The notes under the pieces were generated by a model. The model was given only the letters and a program-made list of their open reading frames with translations. It was not told where the DNA came from and did not search any database. Made by a program: the position numbers and the translations under genes. A DNA stretch of 64,000 nucleotides, taken from the NCBI GenBank assembly GCA_041750285.1, contig JBGSZS010000004.1:300365-364364 (forward strand). Reading direction: 5' to 3'. This DNA is from Candidatus Fermentibacteraceae bacterium (GTDB taxonomy: Bacteria; Fermentibacterota; Fermentibacteria; Fermentibacterales; JCC-6). The first letter of the stretch is position 1, and each line of letters begins with the position of its first letter. Below are positions 28,097 to 36,075 of this stretch, piece after piece.

Positions 28097-29155
28097 TCAC
28101 CTTTCATTTCGGTCGATATCGGGCCTTGGCGGGTCGTTCAGAAGGTCAAGGGTCTTCTCCGAAGGGAAATCCCGCCCCCAGAGGCGTACCCGGGCCTTTT
28201 CGGGATCGCGTCTGATCGGGGGCTCATCCTTCACGAAGGGGTCGTAGAACTTCGTCTTCAGGGTGTCGCGCCACCCCTCGGGGGTGGTGACGTTGTGAAG
28301 GAGCCTCTTCTCCGCGGGAACCCTGGGCCAGAAGACGTTGTTCCAGAACAGAAGGTACCTGGGGTCGTTGAACACGTCGTCCCAGGTGATGCCCATGAAC
28401 TCCGTCATGAAGCGGTGGCTGTTCTTCAGTTTGGCAACGCTGTCGTCGTTGGGTCCGAACGATTCGATGGCCTGCGCGCATGCGGGAAGAAGGCCGATCA
28501 CCTCTATGTAGAGCGCGTCCCATTGGTGCTCGGTGTTTGCGAGGGCCGCCATCTTCGTCCCCTCGTACTCGAGTTCGGTCACGGTGGAGACCCGCTCGTA
28601 GGTTTGTGCGGCGAGCCTCTGCTGGAAGTTCACAGTGGGGGAGAATACGCTCTCCGCCTGCCCGAGGGTTGCAATCGCCGAATCGCGCAGGGGGATGCGG
28701 CTCATGTCGAGCAGGACCGTGTCCTCCATCATCAGTGCGTTGAAGTGAATGGCATTCTCCGCCTGCCGCTCGAGTTCGAAGATCCTGTCGTAGAAGACCT
28801 TCTGCCTCTCCCTCTCGCCGGGCGGAAGCGAGTCGAAGGCCATGTGGTAGCCGGCAGCGGCGATGGCTGCGGGGGGAATACCGTCTGTCTCCCGCGGTTC
28901 GTCCTTCAATGCATCTAATTCTTCGGGGGGAGGGGGCGGTTCCGATGCGAGTTCACCGATCAGCGCCGCGACCTGTGCAAATCCGGGATCCATGCAGATG
29001 CCGGCCATGTCGGCACCGCTCTCCGCCCTGGCGACAAGCCCGAAAAGAAGCTGCTTCGCTTTTATGAGCTTCCCGTTCCGGGGACCCAGGCTGGATTCGT
29101 AGTTCCGCAAGGAAAAGCCAAGTCCGTCGAGCATCTGCCTGAGTGTGCTATCCAT
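28097..29155 (-). CDS. Hypothetical protein (helical, soluble)
   Basis: 352-aa ORF, overlaps the upstream gene, codon style like its neighbours; no motif recognised. Confidence 0.75.
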   Translation of the reverse strand: MDSTLRQMLDGLGFSLRNYESSLGPRNGKLIKAKQLLFGLVARAESGADMAGICMDPGFAQVAALIGELASEPPPPPEELDALKDEPRETDGIPPAAIAAAGYHMAFDSLPPGERERQKVFYDRIFELERQAENAIHFNALMMEDTVLLDMSRIPLRDSAIATLGQAESVFSPTVNFQQRLAAQTYERVSTVTELEYEGTKMAALANTEHQWDALYIEVIGLLPACAQAIESFGPNDDSVAKLKNSHRFMTEFMGITWDDVFNDPRYLLFWNNVFWPRVPAEKRLLHNVTTPEGWRDTLKTKFYDPFVKDEPPIRRDPEKARVRLWGRDFPSEKTLDLLNDPPRPDIDRNER

Positions 29156-29768
29156 CTGCGAACTCCGTGTACTTCTCTTTCAGAAAGGCCATCTGGCGGT
29201 CGGTGAAGGGAAGCATGTCTCGGTAGGGCCTGTGGGTGAGCAGCTTCTGCCAGGTAAACCCGGGGTCCGCCTCGCGGACCTGCCGGCGGTACTCGCTGAA
29301 TTTGACCAGGGAGCGGTTCTGATCTTTCCCGCCGGGATTGTCGGTGCAGAGGTGAAATAGCGCCCCGACCATCGTTGCGACCGCGTTTATGGCCCGGTCC
29401 TCGTTCCTGCCCAGCGAGGCGTTCGCCTCGAATTCTTCCAGTCTGCGGCTCAGGTCGGCGTGGGTTTCGGCGGCTTCGATAACCGAAAGCCTCTGTCGGT
29501 CCTCTTCGGCCCTGCCCTCGTGACCCAGCATGTCGTAGACGTGTGCCCTGTTTGCATACCTGTCCGCCGCGTTCGCCTTCGCGGACGAGACCATGTTGCC
29601 GGTCTGCTTTACAAGCTCCATGAAGGCGCCGGGTGAGCCGGCCTCCTCGAGCATCTCAAGGTATTGATGGCAGTCCTCTATCTGCGCACGGTGGAGATGG
29701 GGAATGATGCCGAATTTTTCGAGCTGGGCGGTGAAGTACCTGCGCTGCAGGTCCATGGGGTCTGTCAC
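29148..29768 (-). CDS. Hypothetical protein
   Basis: 206-aa ORF, GGGAGG RBS before GTG; no motif recognised. Confidence 0.72.
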   Translation of the reverse strand: MTDPMDLQRRYFTAQLEKFGIIPHLHRAQIEDCHQYLEMLEEAGSPGAFMELVKQTGNMVSSAKANAADRYANRAHVYDMLGHEGRAEEDRQRLSVIEAAETHADLSRRLEEFEANASLGRNEDRAINAVATMVGALFHLCTDNPGGKDQNRSLVKFSEYRRQVREADPGFTWQKLLTHRPYRDMLPFTDRQMAFLKEKYTEFADG

Positions 29769-29812
29769 AGCCCCTCCCTTCGTCTTCCCTGCCGGAGATG
29801 TGCCGGACGCGG

Positions 29813-31009
29813 TCAGCCGGCTGTCACCCTCACCGTTTCCCTGGCGATCATCAGTTCCTCGTTGGTGGGGATGACAAGCACTTTTACCCGGCTTTCAGGG
29901 GTGGAGATGATCTTCTCCTTTCCCCTCACCAGGTTGGCCACGGGGTCGATCTCGATGCCCAGCGCCTCCTGGTTGCCGCACACCATCTCCCTGATCTCGG
30001 GGCCGTTCTCGCCGATGCCCGCCGTGAACACGATCCCGTCAAGCCTTCCCAGGGTGGCCGCATATGCGCCGATGTACTTGCGCACCCTGTCGACGAACAT
30101 GTCGAGGGCGAGTGTCGCCATCTCCTCGCCGCGCTTGAACGAGGCGTCCTCGATGTCGCGCATGTCGTTGGAAATGCCCGAGATGCCGAGGATGCCGCTC
30201 TCGCGGTAGACCATCTTCATGACCTTCTCGAGCGGCCAGCCGTGCCGTTCCATCAGTTCGAAGAGGGCTGCGGGGTCGACATCGCCGCACCGGGTGCCCA
30301 TCATGAGCCCGCAGAAGGTTCCGAAGCCCAGGCTCGTGTCGATGCTGCGGCCGCCCTTCACAGCGGTTGCCGAGCAGCCGTTCCCCAGGTGGCAGGTGAT
30401 GAGGTTGAGCTCGGAAAGGGGCCGGTCGAGCATCTCGGCAGCACGCTGGGACACGTACTGGTGGCTGGTGCCGTGGAAACCGTACCGGCGGATCCTGTGT
30501 TTTTCGTAGACCTCGTATGGAAGGGCGTAGAGGTAGTTCACCCGTGGCATGGTCTGGTGGAAGGCAGTATCGAAGACGGCCACGTTGGGCACTCCCGGAA
30601 GCTTTGCCATGGCGGCCTCGATGCCCAGGATGTTCGGCGGGTTGTGGAGCGGCGCGAGGGCGCTGCACTCCCTGAGGCCCTCGAGGACCTCACCGTCTAT
30701 GAGCACGCTGCTCGTGAACTTCTCACCGCCATGGACCACCCTGTGGCCGCAGGCAAGGATCTCGTCGAGTGTTGTGACCGGCCCGTAGGCGGGGTCGGTT
30801 ATCGTTTTGAGAAGGAGGTCGAGACCCACCCCATGGTCGGACATGGGTTTTTCCATCCTGATGTCGTGCGGGCCGGCCTGGAACCTGAGAACACCGGTCT
30901 CCTCGCCTATCCTCTCCAGAAGCCCCTTGCCAAGCATTACGCCTGTCTCGCTCTCGAGAACCTGAAACTTTATGGAGGAACTACCGCTGTTTATAACCAG
31001 AATTTTCAT
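29813..31009 (-). CDS. ackA: Acetate kinase
   Basis: MKILVINSGSSSIKF, GHRVVHGG, APLHNP, FDTAFH, YGFHGTSH, TAGIGEN, TNEE. Confidence 0.97.
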   Translation of the reverse strand: MKILVINSGSSSIKFQVLESETGVMLGKGLLERIGEETGVLRFQAGPHDIRMEKPMSDHGVGLDLLLKTITDPAYGPVTTLDEILACGHRVVHGGEKFTSSVLIDGEVLEGLRECSALAPLHNPPNILGIEAAMAKLPGVPNVAVFDTAFHQTMPRVNYLYALPYEVYEKHRIRRYGFHGTSHQYVSQRAAEMLDRPLSELNLITCHLGNGCSATAVKGGRSIDTSLGFGTFCGLMMGTRCGDVDPAALFELMERHGWPLEKVMKMVYRESGILGISGISNDMRDIEDASFKRGEEMATLALDMFVDRVRKYIGAYAATLGRLDGIVFTAGIGENGPEIREMVCGNQEALGIEIDPVANLVRGKEKIISTPESRVKVLVIPTNEELMIARETVRVTAG

Positions 31010-31067
31010 TCCAAGGCCTTTCAAAAAAGTGGAAAGGAGTGAGAAAAGACACCCGAAAATACTCGGA

Positions 31068-32504
31068 TCAGACCCGCTCCGGCAAACCACCCCCAGCGAC
31101 AGCCTGGCCGGGTCTCACGGCCATCATGGCGAACAGCACTCCGAAAAGCACCGTGAAGCGGTAGTTGGTAATGGCGGACATGAAGAACGAGCCGGAAGCC
31201 ATTGCGATGAGTGCGCCGAAGACGCCAAGGAGGATGGCCCTCCTTTCCGGATCCGGCTCCCTGTATGCCCGTGTGCCCGAACCGGCTATCCCGTGGGCAA
31301 AAAGCAGAACAAGGGCGAGAAGGCCCGGAACCCCTGCGTTCAGGAGGATCTGGAAGTATGAATTGTCGATCGTGCTGAAGGTCATTACCTTCATCCAGTC
31401 GAACCTGAAACAGGTGATCTCGTAGCCCTGTCCCCTGCCCAGAAAAAACCCGGCGGGGCTGTTCACGGAATTGAGGACCTCGACCCACGAGATGGCACGG
31501 GCAAGGAACGAAGCGTCGGTGAAATAGCTTCCCGTTTCCGAACCCGTCCGGTCTGCGATGTCCTGCATCTCAAGGAATCCCGCGGCCTGAACCATGTACC
31601 CTGCGACGAGGAAGAAAACGGCTCCGAGCACGGCTATCGCCGCCAGCGCTCGCAGAACCTTCCAGATGTCATGACTGGAGATGATCGTGTGAAGTACGAA
31701 AACCGAGGCAATACCAAGCAGCATGCCGTACCAGACTGAGCGTGTCTGGCTGAGGATGAGCCCCACCAGCATCACCACGGCGGCCGGAAGGACAAGGGAA
31801 AGGACGGCCCTGCCCTTCAGCACGAGCTGGCGGGTGAAAAGGAACACGAACCCCACCGCGATCGCGAATGCCTGCCTGGCCTGAACCCGCAGTCCGGTAC
31901 TCCGCTCGTACACGAACTCGTCGACCTTGAAATAGCCCCTCAGAGCAATGTTTATCCCCGCCAGCACACTGGCGGCTATGATCATCTTCACGATCTGGCC
32001 TGCTGCTTCCCTGTCGGTCGCCATCAGCCATGCGGCGGGAAAAAAGCTCAGGTATCCCGGAAGCGTCTTGAACATGTACGCGGCAGTACCCATGTCGTTG
32101 CCCGAAGCCACTCCCCAGAAAAGCGAGACGAAACAGACCGCAACGAAGAAAACGATCAACCGGGCGGTCGCCCCCGTCCTGACCCTTCCCCTGCCGTCGG
32201 GCAGACAAAGCACCCAGAGCAGCATGACCCAGAGGAAAAGCAGGTCGTCAGGCCGCAGTCTGAAGGGTCCCAGATAGAAGTTCACCAGATCGAGCTGTGT
32301 GAACTCCAGGGATATCTGCACACCCAGGAGCATGATCAGGGATCTTTTGGGGTAGAACAGCGTGGTGGCCATCAGGGGGATGGCGGCAAGGGCCAGGGCG
32401 ACATGGGGAAGTGCATCGGAAACGAGGCCGAGAATGAGAGCGGCAACGACAATCCCGAGCCCGACCGTCATGGTCCTGTCCGGGTGCGCTGCCGTCCCGG
32501 TCAA
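31068..32504 (-). CDS. O-antigen ligase/polymerase-like membrane protein
   Basis: Multiple TM segments; SQTRS, SFLAR...W, GRGQG, DNSYFQIL...G. Confidence 0.78.
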   Translation of the reverse strand: MTGTAAHPDRTMTVGLGIVVAALILGLVSDALPHVALALAAIPLMATTLFYPKRSLIMLLGVQISLEFTQLDLVNFYLGPFRLRPDDLLFLWVMLLWVLCLPDGRGRVRTGATARLIVFFVAVCFVSLFWGVASGNDMGTAAYMFKTLPGYLSFFPAAWLMATDREAAGQIVKMIIAASVLAGINIALRGYFKVDEFVYERSTGLRVQARQAFAIAVGFVFLFTRQLVLKGRAVLSLVLPAAVVMLVGLILSQTRSVWYGMLLGIASVFVLHTIISSHDIWKVLRALAAIAVLGAVFFLVAGYMVQAAGFLEMQDIADRTGSETGSYFTDASFLARAISWVEVLNSVNSPAGFFLGRGQGYEITCFRFDWMKVMTFSTIDNSYFQILLNAGVPGLLALVLLFAHGIAGSGTRAYREPDPERRAILLGVFGALIAMASGSFFMSAITNYRFTVLFGVLFAMMAVRPGQAVAGGGLPERV

Positions 32505-32505
32505 A

Positions 32506-33714
32506 CTAGGTCCCTACGGCCCGGGCCAGCTCGACGCCAAGCGCCCTGCACCTGGCCAGGTCGTCCCCTGTCGGTGCGAACCTGACCGCAAGGGAATCAC
32601 CCGCAGGCACTCCCTTCCAATCCGAGAGCAGCCTGTCAAGGATGGGAACCGCCTCGCCGCTCCAGCCGTGGCTTCCGAACGCCGTGCACGCCCTGTCGTG
32701 GAACTTGAGCCCCCGCAGGTACTCGATGTGGTCCGCCAGGGCCGGGAAGATTCCGTTGTTGAGCGTGGGCGATCCCAGGGCGACCGCACCCGCGGAGAGC
32801 ATTGCGAGGGCTGCCGCGCTCCTGTGTACGTTGCCCGCCTTCAAAACACGCACCGGGACATTCTGCGAAGCCGCCCCTTCCGCGATCGCCCGGGCCATGA
32901 GCCCCGTGGAGTTCCACATGGTGTCGTAAAGGATCACTACGCTGTCGCGGTTCGCGCCCCCGGCCCAATCCTTCCACAGTCCCATCACCCAGTCCGGGCC
33001 GGTGGCCGTTCCCGAAAACCAGATCGGACCGTGATCGGGGGCGATTATGCCGGGTCTTATCCCGAGTTCGGCAACCTTGCCGAGGAGGGTGGTAACCAGC
33101 TTCGAGAAGGGGTTGAGTATGTTGGCATAGTACATCGCCGATTCGTGGCGGAGAACCCCGGGCTCGTAATGGTGGGCCACGAGGTCGGCCCCGGCCATGT
33201 GCATTCCGAAAGCGTCCTGGCTGAAGAGGATGTTCCTGCCGGGCATGAAGGTGAACATGCTGTCCGGCCAGTGCAGCATCCTGGTTTCGAGAAAGGTGAA
33301 GCTGTTGCCTCCGATCTCGAGCGTTGAGCCGTTCCCGACAGCCTCGGGACGCACGGGAAGGTCGTGGAAATGGGCAAGGATGTTTTCCGTCCCGATCCTC
33401 GAGGCGAGAAGCCTTTTGGGTCTCAGGGCTTTCAATACCTCGGGAAGGGCTCCCGTATGGTCGGGCTCGGAGTGGTTGCTTATCAGAACGTCGACCCGGT
33501 CGGTGACTGAAGCCACCCGTTCAAGGAACTCGCCCCTGAAAGGTGCCTTCACGGTGTCGATGAGGACGTTCTGCTCACCGGTGACCAGGAACGCGTTGTA
33601 GGTCGAGCCCAGGGTGGTCTCGTAGCCATGGAAATCCCTTACATCCCAGTCTATTGCGCCCACCCAGTGGACACCGGGTGATATCTCGCGGGCGCGGAAG
33701 CAGCTTTCCGACAT
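32506..33714 (-). CDS. fprA: Flavodiiron protein (FprA, O2/NO reductase)
   Basis: RDFHGY, HSEPDH, HWPDSM, SQDAFG, PDHG, flavodoxin YDTMWNST, FGSHGWSGE. Confidence 0.95.
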   Translation of the reverse strand: MSESCFRAREISPGVHWVGAIDWDVRDFHGYETTLGSTYNAFLVTGEQNVLIDTVKAPFRGEFLERVASVTDRVDVLISNHSEPDHTGALPEVLKALRPKRLLASRIGTENILAHFHDLPVRPEAVGNGSTLEIGGNSFTFLETRMLHWPDSMFTFMPGRNILFSQDAFGMHMAGADLVAHHYEPGVLRHESAMYYANILNPFSKLVTTLLGKVAELGIRPGIIAPDHGPIWFSGTATGPDWVMGLWKDWAGGANRDSVVILYDTMWNSTGLMARAIAEGAASQNVPVRVLKAGNVHRSAAALAMLSAGAVALGSPTLNNGIFPALADHIEYLRGLKFHDRACTAFGSHGWSGEAVPILDRLLSDWKGVPAGDSLAVRFAPTGDDLARCRALGVELARAVGT

Positions 33715-34208
33715 TATATCCTTGCCCCCTTGAATACTTCCGCCACGAAGGGCGACGAGACCTCGGCGACCCATTCGAGGAACCTTCGGTCATCACATCC
33801 GAATCCCTCTTTCAGGTGGCTGTCGAGGTCAAGCTCGCCCACGAACCTGCAGCCCATGAACACGGGAACGACGATCTCGCTTCTGACCTTCGGGCTGCAC
33901 GAAAGGTAGTTGCCCTGGGTGCTCACATCGCCGATCACGAATGTCTGAAGGGACTCTGCGGCCTGCCCGCATATGCCCTGTCCGAAACTTATGCTCACGT
34001 GTTCGGTCGGCTCGCCGGAGAAGGGACCCAGCACGAGCTTCCTTTCCGATGATGGGTCGACGACGTAGAAACCCGCCCAGTCGTAGCCGGGGATCGTCGT
34101 GAGCACGTCGCAGATGCGCTGCAGAACCTCGCGGCCGGGTCCCTTCTCCGAAGCTGCAAGGTCGACCTCGGCCATCGTGCTGCGCAGGAGCCTCAGCCTT
34201 TCGTTCAT
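33714..34208 (-). CDS. msrC: GAF-domain free methionine-R-sulfoxide reductase
   Basis: DWAGFY, LGPF, GQGICG, YLSC, SEIVVP, LDLDS. Confidence 0.85.
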   Translation of the reverse strand: MNERLRLLRSTMAEVDLAASEKGPGREVLQRICDVLTTIPGYDWAGFYVVDPSSERKLVLGPFSGEPTEHVSISFGQGICGQAAESLQTFVIGDVSTQGNYLSCSPKVRSEIVVPVFMGCRFVGELDLDSHLKEGFGCDDRRFLEWVAEVSSPFVAEVFKGARI

Positions 34209-34552
34209 TTGCCCTCCGAAAGCCTTTCCCAAAGGGCCACGGCCCTTCGCACGTGTGGAACGGTGATGGTGCCTGCCACCACCATTCCAATGCCGAGCGC
34301 CTCCACCACCTGTCCGGTCGGAAGCCCCAGCTCGAAGCAGCGGTGAATATGCCACGAAATGCAGTCATCGCAACGAAGCACCAGCGAGGAGACCAGACCC
34401 AGAAGCTCCTTGGTTGCCTCGGGGAGGGCGCCGGGCCTGTAGGCCAGGGCATCGACGGAGTAGACCCTCTTGATCACGTGGTCGGCGTTCCTCAGAACCG
34501 CTTCGTTAAGGGCTTCCCGCTCCTTGAGAAAAGCTCCGGGGTCTATGGACAT
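34205..34552 (-). CDS. Carboxymuconolactone decarboxylase/AhpD family protein
   Basis: GALPEATKELL...LRCDDCISWH. Confidence 0.9.
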   Translation of the reverse strand: MSIDPGAFLKEREALNEAVLRNADHVIKRVYSVDALAYRPGALPEATKELLGLVSSLVLRCDDCISWHIHRCFELGLPTGQVVEALGIGMVVAGTITVPHVRRAVALWERLSEGK

Positions 34553-34555
34553 GGT

Positions 34556-35077
34556 TCACTTCCCGGCCAGAATGGACGCCTGAACGTACACCCTGGCAGC
34601 GAGCTCCCTGTCCATCATGAAAATGCCCCCGCCGCCCGATTTGTCGACGAGATGGAGCTTCTGGATCAGTGCTTCGGCGTTGGCCTCTTCCTCGACCTGC
34701 TCGGCAACGTACCACTGGATGAAGTTTGCGGCAGCGTGGTCGCGCTCGGTCTGCGCGGTTTCCAGAAGGTGGTCGATGCTTGCCGTGATGAAGCGCTCGT
34801 GCGTGAGTACCGCTTCGAACGCAGCCAGGGGCGAGGTCCATTCGACCTCGGGTTTTGCTATGGCTTCAAGGCTTACGGAGGCGCCGCGTTCCAGCATGTG
34901 GTTGAAGAAACCCATTGCGTGGTCACGCTCCTCCTGCGCCTGAACCCTCATCCAGTTCGAAAAACCGGAAAGCCCTTTTCCTTCGAACCATGCCGCCATG
35001 GAAAGGTAGAGGTAGGCGCTGAACAGCTCCCTGTTGATCTGGGAGTTCATCTCGAGAGCGACGGTTTCCTTCATCAT
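34556..35077 (-). CDS. ftnA: Non-heme ferritin
   Basis: QINRELFSAYLY, EERDHA, HE, QWYVAEQVEEE. Confidence 0.95.
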   Translation of the reverse strand: MMKETVALEMNSQINRELFSAYLYLSMAAWFEGKGLSGFSNWMRVQAQEERDHAMGFFNHMLERGASVSLEAIAKPEVEWTSPLAAFEAVLTHERFITASIDHLLETAQTERDHAAANFIQWYVAEQVEEEANAEALIQKLHLVDKSGGGGIFMMDRELAARVYVQASILAGK

Positions 35078-35079
35078 GG

Positions 35080-35457
35080 CTATCTCCTCCAGAGGCCGTG
35101 GACGTTGCAGTATTCCCTGGCCGCGGTTACATCGGAAAGTGCGACGGGGAAGAACGCCTCGGGCGCTGCACCGGGTGCCAGTTCCGCCCGGTAGACCCTG
35201 TCAGGGGTATGGACTTCCACCCACTCGATGAAGTGGGCGTCAAGCATTGGGTGGGGAACGCTTCCCACCTTGAGCAGGACTCCGCCCTCAACTTCCGAAA
35301 GAACTGGAACATGCTTCTCTGTGGTGCTGTCGGCGGTCTTCTCGTCGAGCAGGATCATGGGAACACCGCAGCAGACCAGCTCACCCTGCCCGGGGTGAAG
35401 CATCTCGACGATGTTGCCGCAGATCTCGCATTTGTAGACCTGTCTCCTTGCTGTCAT
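35080..35457 (-). CDS. dfx: Desulfoferrodoxin (superoxide reductase)
   Basis: [21 protein letters not shown]...[13 protein letters not shown]. Confidence 0.96.
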   Translation of the reverse strand: MTARRQVYKCEICGNIVEMLHPGQGELVCCGVPMILLDEKTADSTTEKHVPVLSEVEGGVLLKVGSVPHPMLDAHFIEWVEVHTPDRVYRAELAPGAAPEAFFPVALSDVTAAREYCNVHGLWRR

Positions 35458-35473
35458 GATCGAACTTCCTTTC

Positions 35474-36046
35474 CTACCAGTTGGTGGCTGCGAGTTCGAA
35501 GTAAGCCTGGGGGTGATTGCATGCGGGACACATTTTGGCCGCCTCGGTGCCGACATGGACATAACCGCAGTTCCTGCAGCGCCAGGCTACCTTCTCCGGC
35601 CTGTTCCACACAAGGTTCATCCCGATGTTCCCGGCCAGCTTCCTGAACCTCTCGCCATGGAACTTCTCCGCGACCGACACGTTGTCGAACACGGCGGCGA
35701 TCTCGGGGAAACCCTCTTCCCGGGCGGTCTGGGCAAAACCCGGGTACATCGAGCCCCATTCATGCTCCTCGCCCTCGGCGGATGCGATCAGGTTGGCCCT
35801 CGTGTCCCCTATGACTCCCGCGGGGAACGAAGCGGATACGACTGCCTCGCCTCCCTCGAGAAACTTGAAGAACCTCTTGGCGTGCTCCTTCTCCTGGTCG
35901 GCCGTCTCGATGAACACCGCCTCGATCTGTTTGAACCCCTCCTTGCCTGCTGCAGAGGCAAAGTAGGTGTAGCGGTTCCGCGCCTGGGACTCGCCGGCGA
36001 AAGCCGTCAGGAGGTTCTTTTCTGTCTGCGTTCCTCTCAGTGACAT
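35474..36046 (-). CDS. rbr: Rubrerythrin
   Basis: [31 protein letters not shown]. Confidence 0.97.
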   Translation of the reverse strand: MSLRGTQTEKNLLTAFAGESQARNRYTYFASAAGKEGFKQIEAVFIETADQEKEHAKRFFKFLEGGEAVVSASFPAGVIGDTRANLIASAEGEEHEWGSMYPGFAQTAREEGFPEIAAVFDNVSVAEKFHGERFRKLAGNIGMNLVWNRPEKVAWRCRNCGYVHVGTEAAKMCPACNHPQAYFELAATNW

Positions 36047-36075
36047 TCCCGTCTCCCTTCGTTCCGGTTTCCTAA

